The notes beneath the pieces are model-generated. The model searched no databases. It saw nothing but the letters and a program-made list of their open reading frames with translations, and was not told the DNA's origin. From positions 4,008,784-4,072,783 of the forward strand of contig CM121341.1 of NCBI GenBank assembly GCA_051530055.1: 64,000 nt of DNA, written 5' to 3'. Each line of letters begins with the position of its first letter. Position 1 is the first letter of the stretch. Both the position numbers and the translations under genes were made by a program. This document shows positions 1-11,589 of the stretch, piece after piece. This stretch comes from Neoechinorhynchus agilis. Taxonomy: Eukaryota > Animalia > Acanthocephala.

Positions 1-1900
1 CAACGTAAAACGTTTTTCTGCTTTATCTTTTTTGGTCGTGACGTAATCTCAACAAATGTTCCAAACTCACGTTCGTTTAGAAAGAAATCGACGAAAAAAG
101 TCGACGCGTTCTTTTTTGAAATGAATCCTGTTGACTTTTATTTAAATGCGACTTGAGCGTTGGTCGATCGAGTGACGTCAACGTAAAACGTTTTTCTGCT
201 TTATCTTTTTTGGTCGTGACGTAATCTCAACAAATGTTCCAAACTCACGTTCGTTTAGAACAAAAAACCAACGAAAAAGGTCGACGCGTTCTTTTTTGAA
301 ATGAATGCTGTTGACTTTTATTTAAATGCGACTTCAGCGTTGTTCGATCGAGTGACGTCAACGTAAAACGTTTTTCTGCTTTATCTTTTTTGGTCGTGAC
401 GTAATCTCAACAAATGTTCCAAACTCACGTTCGTTTAGAACAAAAAACCAACGAAAAAGGTCGACGCGTTCTTTTTTGAAATGAATCCTGTTGACTTTTA
501 TCTAAATGCGACTTCAGCGTTGCTCGATCGAGTGACGTCAACGTAAAACGTTTTTCTGCTTTATCTTTTTTGGTCGTGACGTAATCTCAACAAATGTTCC
601 AAACTCACGTTCGTTTAGAACAAAAAACCAACGAAAAAGGTCGACGCGTTCTTTTTTGAAATGAATCCTGTTGACTTTTATCTAAATGCGACTTCAGCGT
701 TGTTCGATCGAGTGACGTCAACGTAAAACGTTTTTCTGCTTTATCTTTTTTGGTCGTGACGTAATCTCAACAAATGTTCCAAACTCACGTTCGTTTAGAA
801 AGAAACCAACGAAAAAAGGTCGACGCGTTCTTTTTTGAAATGAATCCTGTTGACTTTTATTTAAATGCGACTTGAGCGTTGGTCGATCGAGTGACGTCAA
901 CGTAAAACGTTTTTCTGCTTTATCTTTTTTGGTCGTGACGTAATCTCAACAAATGTTCAAAACTCACGTTCGTTTAGAAAGAAATCGACGAAAAAAGGTC
1001 GACGCGTTCTTTTTTGAAATGAATCCTGTTGACTTTTATTTAAATGCGACTTCAGCGTTGGTCGATCGAGTGACGTCAACGTAAAACGTTTCTGCTTTAT
1101 CTTTTTTGGTCGTGACGTAATCTCAACAAATGTTCAAAACTCACGTTCGTTTAGCAAGAAACCAACGAAAAAGGTCGACGCGTTCTTTTTTGAAATGAAT
1201 CCTGTTGACTTTTATTTAAATGCGACTTCAGCGTTGTTCGATCGAGTGACGTCAACGTAAAACGTTTTTCTGCTTTATCTTTTTTGGTCGTGACGTAATC
1301 TCAACAAATGTTCAAAACTCACGTTCGTTTAGAAAAAAACCAACGAAAAAGGTCGACGCGTTCTTTTTTGAAATGAATCCTGTTGACTTTTATTTAAATG
1401 CGACTTCAGCGTTGTTCGATCGAGTGACGTCAACGTAAAGCGTTTTTTGCTTTATTTTTTTTGGTCGTGACGTAATCTCAACAAATGTTCCAAACTCACG
1501 TTCATTTAGAACAAAAAACCAACGAAAAAAGTTCGACGCGTTCTTTTTTGAAATGAATGCTGTTGACTTTTATTTAAATGCGACTTCAGCGTTGTTCGAT
1601 CGAGTGACGTCAACGTAAAACGTTTTTCTGCTTTATCTTTTTTGGTCGTGACGTAATCTCAACAAATGTTCAAAACTCACGTTCGTTTAGAAAGAAATCG
1701 ACGAAAAAAGGTCGACGCGTTGGTTTTTAAAAAAGAATCCTGCTGACTTTTATTTAAAAAATATCTACTTAAACGTTGGTCAATCGAGTGACATCATCGC
1801 ATAGAACGTTTCTGCCCCGTCGTTTTTGGTCGTGACGTAATCTCAACAAATGTTCAAAACTCACGTTCGTTTAGAAAAAAATCGACGAAAAAAGTCCACG
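1..1900. repeat. Tandem satellite, ~179-180 bp unit, ~10.5 copies, continues off the left edge
   Basis: CAACGTAAAACGTTTTTCTGC recurs at 1, 179, 359, 539, 719, 899 and onward. The last unit (~1700-1900) is degenerate. Confidence 0.97.
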
Positions 1901-2000
1901 TTTTCTTTTTAAATCTCACCCTGCCGTAAGTACTTACAATTTCATGACCTATCATTTCGATCATCGTAAGGTTCAATATAACCGTTTCCACTAAGAAATA

Positions 2001-3334
2001 TCACTTGTTTTTGGTTTTCTTGAAATCTTCATTGGTTCCAGTCTCGTCTGTGGCTGAATCCGGACACGAATCCTTCCCGGAGCGTTTCTTAGACCTCGCC
2101 AACGCCCGTTTGCTTCGTCTCACTTTTTGCTGTTGACGGCCGTTCTTTAACTCCTCGTCCTCATACTCCTTTTCAAGAAGCACTATCAGGTGGTTGCATC
2201 TACTTTTAAGATCCGCTGGAGTCCGTGATTTTATATACCAATCAAATCGAAATGCATCTTCATATCTGAACAATTGAAGAATGTCATCGTATACATTTTC
2301 ATTATCAAATCCCAGCCGATGGAGATGGTATATAAGAAATCGATCTTCTTGTTCCGTAAAGTTCTTTCCTTTCCCACTTCCATACTGAAATTTCAATTGT
2401 TCGAGTGGTCGCTCATATTTGGCCATCTTATGGTCCAGCATCCGTTTAATAAACTTCTTTCTTTTTATCTTATTCTCTCCTTTTTGAATCTGAAGTATAA
2501 TCTTAGTCGAATCCTGCAATTCTTCGTGCCGTTCCCAAAAAACTTGAGCATATTGTTTAACTTCGTCAGCAGTTTTCCCGTCCACTTCGTCGCAAATCTT
2601 TGTCATATTGTACCGTCCGTACTTTTCGTTGGCCTTTACGAACTGATTAAACTCCCGACGACTCCATGAACCAAACCCTTCTGTCAATAACCTTTTACGC
2701 TCTTCTTGCTCTTCCTCACTCAACGGCTGAGCCTCTTCAATCTTCTTTTGTTCGCGAGTTTGACGAGAACCGGAATTGGAATCATCTTCAATATCATCAG
2801 CACGCGTTTTTAGACCAATCGTTCGCCGATAGTAGTACATTTCTTTTTCATTTAAATCAAACAGTCGTTTTGGATAAAACTGGAAATCGTAAAGAACTGG
2901 TTGTTTAGGAGGTTTCGGTACCCGAATATTCTTGCCCTGATGAGTATAAAGTGCACCACCACCATAGGAGTATGTACCCGGTCGACGCTCACGTTTAGGA
3001 GGCATTATAAACTCAGGATTCGCTCGTTTCTCACGATAATCCTCACCTTCGAACACATAGCAACTTATGCTTTCCATTAAGTTAAAACCGTCTCCGCTGT
3101 TTGAATTGATGTCCTCGGCGGCATCAATCGTGAACTTCCTCAGCTGGTTCTCACCCAATTGCTCCAGTCTATTCTTCTGATCCAATGTACGCTTTTCACC
3201 TTCCGCCAATATCGCATCGATGTCCTGATCGGTGTACTCACCTTCCTTTGCACTAAACACGTGATTTGCCCCGTAGCGTATCATTGAAAGCATCTCTTCC
3301 TTTCCTAATTTATTCGCAGCGTCCGTTAGCCGTC
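2001..3334 (-). CDS. SMARCA5: ISWI/SNF2H chromatin remodeller, C-terminal half only (post-helicase region, HAND-SANT-SLIDE); single exon behind a splice acceptor
   Basis: Motifs KEEMLSMIRYGA, DEDID-like DQDIDAIL, PPKRER, YDFQFYP, GFGSWSRREFNQF..ANEKYGR, GKNFTEQEDRFL, FRFDWYIKSRT match ISWI. Acceptor GCTAATTTTTTTATTTTAG|GA ends at 3335. The ORF N-terminus (MFANF...) is intronic. Confidence 0.93.
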
Positions 3335-3413
3335 CTAAAATAAAAAAATTAGCAAAAACTCTCCATGACAACCATGGTAAAAAACAATTTGAAGGGGCGA
3401 AATTGGCAAACAA

Positions 3414-3788
3414 ATGTGTTTTACGTTATGCTTTAAGCCAAAACCTCAAAAACCTCCCAAAAAAGAACCAAATAAGAAAAAGAAAGATCCTGAACCACAG
3501 CCGCCGCCGATTAAAGAAACCAAAAAGCAACCACCTTCTTTGCCAAAACCCAAATCTTACGACGAAACGCATTACGCCGCAGCTGCTGATAATCTCAAAA
3601 TGACCGAATCCAAACTAATGAACAAACAAGATTTCGACGAACGTTTAAAATCAATCAAATGCGATCGGAATCATCTTTGTTTTCTAGACTCTAGAACCCG
3701 TATGGACGTGTACAGATCGGTTGAAAGAGAACGAGATTTACATCGAAAGCACGTACAGGAATATTTGAAAAAAAGATCGAACAATTGA
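3414..3788 (+). CDS. Hypothetical 124-aa Lys/Pro-rich protein, head-to-head with the ISWI exon
   Basis: ATG-initiated ORF with a low-complexity KP-rich N-half and a charged C-half. No family recognised. Confidence 0.4.
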   Translation: MCFTLCFKPKPQKPPKKEPNKKKKDPEPQPPPIKETKKQPPSLPKPKSYDETHYAAAADNLKMTESKLMNKQDFDERLKSIKCDRNHLCFLDSRTRMDVYRSVERERDLHRKHVQEYLKKRSNN

Positions 3789-3807
3789 ACCATTAAATTT
3801 TTTGCTT

Positions 3808-6800
3808 CAATATTCTTGGAATCAAAATTCATCAATGAAGCAACTCTGAGCAAATTACAACATCTTATAAGAAGATGCAAGACCCATTCGGTGTCAATAT
3901 ATTCTAAAGCAGCAACGAAGTTGGCGGGTATATTCAAAAAGAAACCAAAACAGGAGGATAAAAGAATGATCTATAATGTACCATGCAGACAATGTGGAAA
4001 ATATTCTTGGAATTAAAATTCATCAATGAAGCAACTCTGAACAAATTACAACATCTTTTAAGAAGATGCAAGACCCATTCGGTGTCAATATATTCTAAAG
4101 CAGCAACGAAGTTGGCGGGTATATTCAAAAAGAAACCAAAACAAGAGGATAAAAATATAATCTATAAAGTACCATGCAGACAATGTGGAAAATATTCTTG
4201 GAATCAAAATTCATCAATGAAGCAACTCTGAGCAAATTACAACATCTTATAAGAAGATGCAAGACCCATTCGGTGTCAATATATTCTAAAGCAGCAACGA
4301 AGTTGGCGGGTGTATTCAAAAAGAAACCAAAACAAGAGGATAAAAGAATGATCTATAATGTACCATGCAGACAATGTGGAAAATATTCCTGGAATTAAAA
4401 TTCATCAATGAAGCAACTCTGAACAAATTACAACATCTTATAAGAAGATGCAAGACCCATTCGGTGTCAATATATTCTAAAGCAGCAACGATGTTTTCCG
4501 GTATATTCAAAAAGGAACCAAAACAAGAGGATAAAAGTATAGTCTATAAAGTACCATGCGGACAATGTGGAAAATATTCTTGGAATCAAAAATCATCAAT
4601 GAAGCAACTCTGAGCAAATTACAGCATCGTATAAGAAGATGCAAGACCCATTCGGTGTCAATATATTCTAAAGCAGCAACGAAGTTTTCCGGTATATTCA
4701 AAAAGGAACCAAAACAAGAGGATAAAAGTATAGTCTATAAAGTACCATGCAGACAATGTGGAAAATATTCTTGGAATAAAAATTCATCAATGAAGCAACT
4801 CTGAGCAAATTACAGCATCGTATAAGAAGATGCAAGACACATTCGGTGTCAATATATTCTAAAGCAGCAACGAAGTTTTCCGGTATATTCAAAAAGGAAC
4901 CAAAACAAGAGGATAAAAGTATAGTCTATAAAGTACCATGCAGACAATGTGGAAAATATTCTTGGAATCAAAATTCATCAATGAAGCAACTCTGAGCAAA
5001 TTACAGCATCGTATAAGAAGATGCAAGATCCATTCGGTGTCAATATATTCTAAAGCAGCAACGAAGTTGGCGGGTGTATTCAAAAAGGAACCAAAACAAG
5101 AGGATAAAAGAAAGATCTATAATGTACCATGCAGACAATGTGGAAAATATTCTTGGAATTAAAATTCATCAATGAAGCAACTCTGAACAAATTACAACAT
5201 CTTTTAAGAAGATGCAAGACCCATTCGGTGTCAATATATTCTAAAGCAGCAACGAAGTTGGCGGGTATATTCAAAAAGAAACCAAAACAAGAGGATAAAA
5301 GTATAATCTATAAAGTACCATGCAGACAATGTGGAAAATATTCTTGGAATTAAAATTCATCAATGAAGCAACTCTGAACAAATTACAACATCTTATAAGA
5401 AGATGCAAGACCCATTCGGTGTCAATATATTCTAAAGCAGCAACGAAGTTTTCCGGTATATTCAAAAAGAAACCAAAACAAGAGGATAAAAGTATAATCT
5501 ATAAAGTACCATGCAGACAATGTGGAAAATATTCTTGGAATCAAAATTCATCAATGAAGCAACACTGAGCAAATTACAACATCTTATAAGAAGATGCAAG
5601 ACCCATTCGGTGTCAATATATTCTAAAGCAGCAACGAAGTTTTCCGGTATATTCAAAAAGAAACCAAAACAAGAGGATAAAAGTACAATCTATAAAGTAC
5701 CATGCAGACAATGTGGAAAATATTCTTGGAATCAAAATTCATCAATGAAGCAACTCTGAACAAATTACAACATCTTATAAGAAGATGCAAGACCCATTCG
5801 GTGTCAATATATTCTAAAGCAGCAACGAATTTGGCGGGTGTATTCAAAAAGAAACCAAAACAAGAGGATAAAAGAATTATCTATAATGTACCATGCAGAC
5901 AATGTGGAAAATATTCTTGGAATTAAAATTCATCAATGAAGCAACTCTGAACAAATTACAACATCTTATAAGAAGATGCAAGACCCATTCGGTGTCAATA
6001 TATTCTAAAGCAGCAACGAAGTTTTCTGGTATATTCAAAAAGAAACCAAAACAAGAGGATAAAAGTATAATCTATAAAGTACCATGCAGACAATGTGGAA
6101 AATATTCTTGGAATCAAAATTCATCAATGAAGCAACTCTGAACAAATTACAACATCTTATAAGAAGATGCAAGACCCATTCGGTGTCAATATATTCTAAA
6201 GCAGCAACGAAGTTGGCGGGTATATTCAAAAAGAAACCAAAACAAGAGGATAAAAGTATAATCTATAAAGTACCATGCAGACAATGTGGAAAATATTCTT
6301 GGAATTAAAATTCATCAATGAAGCAACTCTGAACAAATTACAGCATTGTATAAGAAGATGCAAGACCCATTCGGTGTCAATATATTCTAAAGCAGCAACG
6401 AAGTTTTCCGGTATATTCAAAAAGGAACCAAAACAAGAGGATAAAAGTATAGTCTATAAAGTACCATGCAGACAATGTGGAAAATATTCTTGGAATAAAA
6501 ATTCATCAATGAAGCAACTCCGAGCAAATTACAGCATCGTATAAGAAGATGCAAGACCCATTCGGTGTCAATATATTCTAAAGCAGCAACGAAGTTTTCC
6601 GGTATATTCAAAAAGGAACCAAAACAAGAGGATAAAAGTATAGTCTATAAAGTACCATGCAGACAATGTGGAAAATATTCTTGGAATCAAAATTTATCAA
6701 TGAAGCAACTCTGAGCAAATTACAGCATCGTATAAGAAGATGCAAGACCCATTCGGTGTCAATATATTCTAAAGCAGCAACGAAGTTGGCGGGTGTATTC

Positions 6801-8392
6801 AAAAAGGAACCAAAACAAGAGGATAAAAGTATAATCTATAAAGCACCATGCAGACAATGTGGAAAATATTCTTGGAATCAAAATTCATCAATGAAGCAAC
6901 TCTGAGCAAATTACAGCATCGTATAAGAAGATGCAAGACCCATTCGGTGTCAATATATTCTAAAGCAGCAACGAAGTTGGCGGGTGTATTCAAAAAGAAA
7001 CCAAAACAAGAGGATAAAAGAATGATCTATAATGTACCATGCAGACAATGTGGAAAGTATTCTTGGAATCAAAATTCATCAATGAAGCAACTCTGAACAA
7101 ATTACAACATCTTATAAGAAGATGCAAGACCCATTCGGTGTCAATATATTCTAAAGCAGCAACGAAGTTGGCGGGTGTATTCAAAAAGAAACCAAAACAA
7201 GAGGATAAAAGTATAATCTATAAAGTACCATGCAGACAATGTGGAAAATATTCTTGGAATCAAAATTCATCAATGAAGCAGCTCTGAACAAATTACAACA
7301 TCTTATAAGAAGATGCAAGACCCATTCGGTGTCAATATATTCTAAAGCAGCAACGAAGTTTTCCGGTATATTCAAAAAGGAACCAAAACAAGAGGATAAA
7401 AGAATGATCTATAATGTACCATGCAGACAATGTGGAAAATATTCTTGGAATCAAAATTCATCAATGAAGCAACTCTGAGCAAATTACAACATCTTATAAG
7501 AAGATGCAAGACCCATTCGGTGTCAATATATTCTAAAGCAGCAACGAAGTTTTCCGGTATATTCAAAAAGAAACCAAAACAAGAGGATAAAAGTATAATC
7601 TATAAAGTACCATGCAGACAATGTGGAAAATATTCTTGGAATCAAAATTCATCAATGAAGCAACTCTGAACAAATTACAACATCTTTTAAGAAGATGCAA
7701 GACCCATTCGGTGTCAATATATTCTAAAGCAGCAACGAAGTTGGCGGGTGTATTCAAAAAGAAACCAAAACAAGAGGATAAAAGAATGATCTATAATGTA
7801 CCATGCAGACAATGTGGAAAATATTCTTGGAATCAAAATTCATCAATGAAGCAACTCTGAACTAATTACAACATCTTATAAGAAGATGCAAGACCCATTC
7901 GGTGTCAATATATTCTAAAGCAGCAACGAAGTTTTCCGGTATATTCAAAAAGGAACCAAAACAAGAGGATAAAAGAATGATCTATAATGTACCATGCAGA
8001 CAATGTGGAAAATATTCTTGGAATCAAAATTCATCAATGAAGCAACTCTGAACAAATTACGACATCTTATAAGAAGATGCAAGACCCATTCGGTGTCAAT
8101 ATATTCTAAAGCAGCAACGAAGTTTTCCGGTATATTCAAAAAGGAACCAAAACAAGAGGATAAAAGAATGATCTATAATGTACCATGCAGACAATGTGGA
8201 AAATATTCTTGGAATCAAAATTCATCAATGAAGCAACTCTGAACAAATTACAACATCTTATAAGAAGATGCAAGACCCATTCGGTGTCAATATATTCTAA
8301 AGCAGCAACGAAGTTTTCCGGTATATTCAAAAAGAAACCAAAACAAGAGGATAAAAGTATAATTGAAGTACCATGCAGACAATGCGGAAAAT
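3808..8392 (+). repeat. 191-bp tandem array (~24 copies) derived from a Penelope-like element linker/GIY-YIG start
   Basis: ORF track repeats every 191 bp (3983, 4174, 4365...8185). The unit encodes KFINEATLSKLQHLIRRCKTHSVSIYSKAATKLAGIFKKKPKQEDKSIIYKVPCRQCGKY and the last unit runs into an intact GIY-YIG motif. Confidence 0.95.
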
Positions 8393-8810
8393 ATTATGTT
8401 CGACAAACAAGTCAAGGACTAAAAAAGCGTATTGACCAACATAAATATTGTGTGCGCAGAGCAGATACGTCGTCCGCCATCAGTAATCATGTTGTAAAAA
8501 CGAATCATGAGATCGGATTTTAGGATGCTCATCAGATCATGATCGAGAGTGACTGGAAAAGGAGGGTAATCAAAGAGGCGGTAATGATAAACAACAACTG
8601 TATGGATGGGAATACCTCTAGCTGGAAGCTGAAGATTCCATATAAACTGAGACCTGCTGTATGGATGGGAATACCTCTAGCTGGAAGCTGAAGATTCCAT
8701 ATAAACTGAGACCTGCTCAGGGGGCACCCGAGTTCTGCCCATGCTACACTCACCATGAACTATTCTGGATACCTGAAGAGGTCTGCATGCAGACGAAAAT
8801 TCGTACAAAT
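8340..8810 (+). mobile_element. Penelope-like retroelement 3' remnant: GIY-YIG endonuclease, 59-bp tandem duplication, pLTR with hammerhead
   Basis: VPCRQCGKYYVRQTSQGLKKRIDQH...SAISNHVVKTNHEIGF*...ESDWKRRVIKEAVMI follows the PLE pattern VYKIPCxxC-YIGQT-R..EH-SA..H-H-R...EA. One in-frame stop. Duplication at 8599-8657/8658-8716. Confidence 0.88.
8770..8805 (+). ncRNA. Minimal type I hammerhead ribozyme (PLE type)
   Basis: TAC-CTGAAGA-G-GTCTGCATGCAGAC-GAA-AATT-C-GTA. Core CUGAAGA 8773-8779, palindromic stem II, GAAA 8795-8798, AAUU stem III, cleavage after C8802, 3-bp stem I. Confidence 0.75.
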
Positions 8811-9112
8811 AAATCAGTCACCGGTGAGGTTAATAAGGTTGCAACTATCAATAAATTGGAATCCCCCCCGATTGAAATCAAAGACACAATAATATTTTAC
8901 CTAAACAACCAATACGAAATTCATAATTACCTCACAAAAGGTTAAAATCGACCTTTTTGAACTCATTTATTCCTAGCTATTGTTCAAATTAATGCAATTT
9001 TACAAGCAAACTGCATTTCCACATTAATGGATTAGTTTTTGCTCGCTGATTGTCGAAATTTTGACATATGAAGAAAAAGGTCATATTAGTGAGAAGCACT
9101 TCCTCCCGCTCT

Positions 9113-9240
9113 TCGGATTCCCGAAAACCCAATGAGATATATTTAGTTTTTTTTAAATCTAGACGTCAGATACTAAAGTTCTTATTATGCAAGAGGTGGA
9201 AGTTGTTTAGAAAAGCAAAATTAGTCTCCAGAGAATACCA
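9113..9240 (+). repeat. Dispersed ~130-bp repeat; inverted copies at 39893-40030 and 40245-40379
   Basis: TTCGGATTCCCGAAAACCC...TTTAAATCTAGACGTCAGATA is the reverse complement of TATCTGACGTCTAGATTTAAA...GGTTTTCGGGAATCCGAA. Confidence 0.85.
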
Positions 9241-10171
9241 TAATTTTAGTTTTATTGTTGAAAATAATCACTTTTTTAACTTTGTACCCCATTGTACACT
9301 TTCGTTTTTGTTTCCGACTTTAATTGCCGGAAATTGTTGAATTTCCAATGTTATAAACCTATGCTGGAGACATTTCACATTCTCCTTTCTGAAGACGATT
9401 TAATATTTCAAGTTTTGTTCCGCGTTTCCTGTTCGAATTTAAAGCCATTACAGTTCACAGACAATAAACTGATCGAATATTCCATTATCGAATCAAGGAT
9501 TTTCTTTTACTAGGGAGAGTATCGCATTTTTGACTTCAAGCGAAACAACCTTTGAGCATTTTGCGGCTAGAAAACGCACTTTTAAATAAAGTTCATGTAA
9601 TTAACAAAAAATATACCTGGATAATCGGCGTTCCATTGTAATTTGTAGCTTGAAATTCCTAGTTCCAGCTTAACAAACGATGTGATATTAGGAACCTTTG
9701 AAACTCAAGCGGGTGAAATTCAACATAGAAAAGCATACGAATGATAGCGGAAAAGAAAGTTGAGTAAATAAAATCAAAAATAAAGAAGCAAATTAAAAGT
9801 TTCGCAAACAAGTGAAAATTATAGCATGCGAAGCGCGAGAGCTGAGTGTTATTGAACAAGAAAAAATGACAGAAATGCATAAAATGGCAAGGCAATAACG
9901 GTTCCGGTTTAATAAAAAAGTTCTGAGAAGGTACGACTTAGACAGTTGCAAAGAAGTTGCTCACGGATACATTTTGCTTGGTGATTGAGAAAATAGAAAT
10001 TAATTTATTAACCCCTTTCCCAATTTCCTGAAGAAGTCGGACGAAACGGACGAAATATTTTGAATTAATAAAATTAATCTCTATTTTCTCAATCATCAAA
10101 CAAAATATACGTTAGACAGTATAGGATGGCTTCTTATAAAGGGATAATAAGAACACGTTTTATTTGTTGCT

Positions 10172-10330
10172 TTACAAAGAAGAGGACCCATGCACCTTTG
10201 GGTCCTCATAAGCACACAGATATTTTGTTTTTTGTATTTACGTTCGAATGGAAATGTCCGGTCGGGGATGTCCGTTCGAGTGGGAATTTCCGGTCGGGTC
10301 CGTTCGCAGCCGAGATCCCCACTTGCACCC
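10172..10330 (-). repeat. GC-rich repeat module ending in a 9-bp hairpin; also at 11386-11580 and (diverged, inverted) 54095-54250
   Basis: 10174-10298 is nearly identical to 11386-11500. Hairpin GAGGACCCA-TGCACCTT-TGGGTCCTC. Confidence 0.85.
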
Positions 10331-10669
10331 GACCGCATTACCCAATTTACGGTTGATCAGCAGGGCTTCCGAGATAGAGAGTTCAATGGGATCTAATGCC
10401 CGATAAACTGCCTTACAGACTCGTATTTTTTCTGCCTAAACCAAAAACTAAATAAAGTTGTACTGGATTTTATTTAAAACACAAATGTTTTAGTTCCACA
10501 AGCAATTTTCAAACGCACTTGATTGTAAACAAGCGTTAAACATTGTTGACAAGAGCGTTCTCCATATTTAGAGAAGTCGATGAGAAAGGTAACCAGTTTG
10601 CTCCGATTTAATTCGGGATACATTCAAGGGAGTTGCATTACTTTTGGTATATTGCCATCTACAGTCACC

Positions 10670-10998
10670 ATGAACGTAATCTATCATTTTCTACTCGTAT
10701 GGACATTCTTTGTCTTTGCCAATCGCTGTATGAGCTTCGACTCAAAAATATTTGGATGGATAAATATCGATGAAAGCTCTGAACAATTCCCTGAGTGGTT
10801 CGTTGGCAAACATTTGGTCAAAACAGAAAAACAGCTTGAAGATGGGTCAAAAGAAGAGATGCAAGTTTCCATCAAACCGAAAAATGACACCGTCGCCGTT
10901 ACAGAAACGAATACTACCGAAATTATCGAAGGATCTCGCAAAAGAAATCTAACGAAGAACATGGATATCTCGACTGAAGGAACAACTACCGATAAAGG
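10670..10998 (+). CDS. Probable first coding exon of a secreted, Thr-rich protein of unknown function
   Basis: MNVIYHFLLVWTFFVFANRC resembles a signal peptide. CTACAG acceptor 5 nt before the ATG and AAG|GTAAG donor near 10998. No downstream exon identified. Confidence 0.45.
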
Positions 10999-11589
10999 TA
11001 AGAAAAAAAAAATTAACAGGATAAAAATATGGATTTCGCCAAACAGCAAGATTAGTGTCGAGCAACAGCATAGATTTATTCGTTCATCGTAGTTAGCATA
11101 GAGTTATATAATCTTTTATTTGTTGACAAGGGGTTAAAGGTAAATTATTGATAGAGTTCATTTAGGCAAAATGTTAAGAATATAAAAAATCACACATTTT
11201 GGCCCAAATTAACCGTAGTCGGCACCGATATTTCTACTATTTTTTGTTTGTTTTCTCATTGGCCTCTAAGTCAGTGAGGTAAACAGAGGAAGGAGCTGTC
11301 GCCTTGGATTTCCAGCGTCATTGACTTGTTGTACCTATCGAGATCAAAGCACGAATAACTTTGATGAATTTGTGTTTAAAAAATTGGACCCATGCACCTT
11401 TGGGTCCTCATAAGCACACAGATATTTTGTTTTTTGTATTTACGTTCGAATGGAAATGTCCGGTCGGGGATGTCCGTTCGAGTGGGAATTTCCGGTCGGG
11501 TGGGAATATCAGGTTTAGTTATGTCGATATGTAAGGTACCGGGGAATGGGATGTCCATTCTCGTGGGAATTGGCGGATATTGTTTGCAG

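Noticed and set aside
3671-8523. Dozens of 64-82-aa ORFs on both strands, apparently stop-start coupled
   Set aside because: They are by-products of the 191-bp unit. The antisense set starts at TTG, and variants are mostly non-synonymous.
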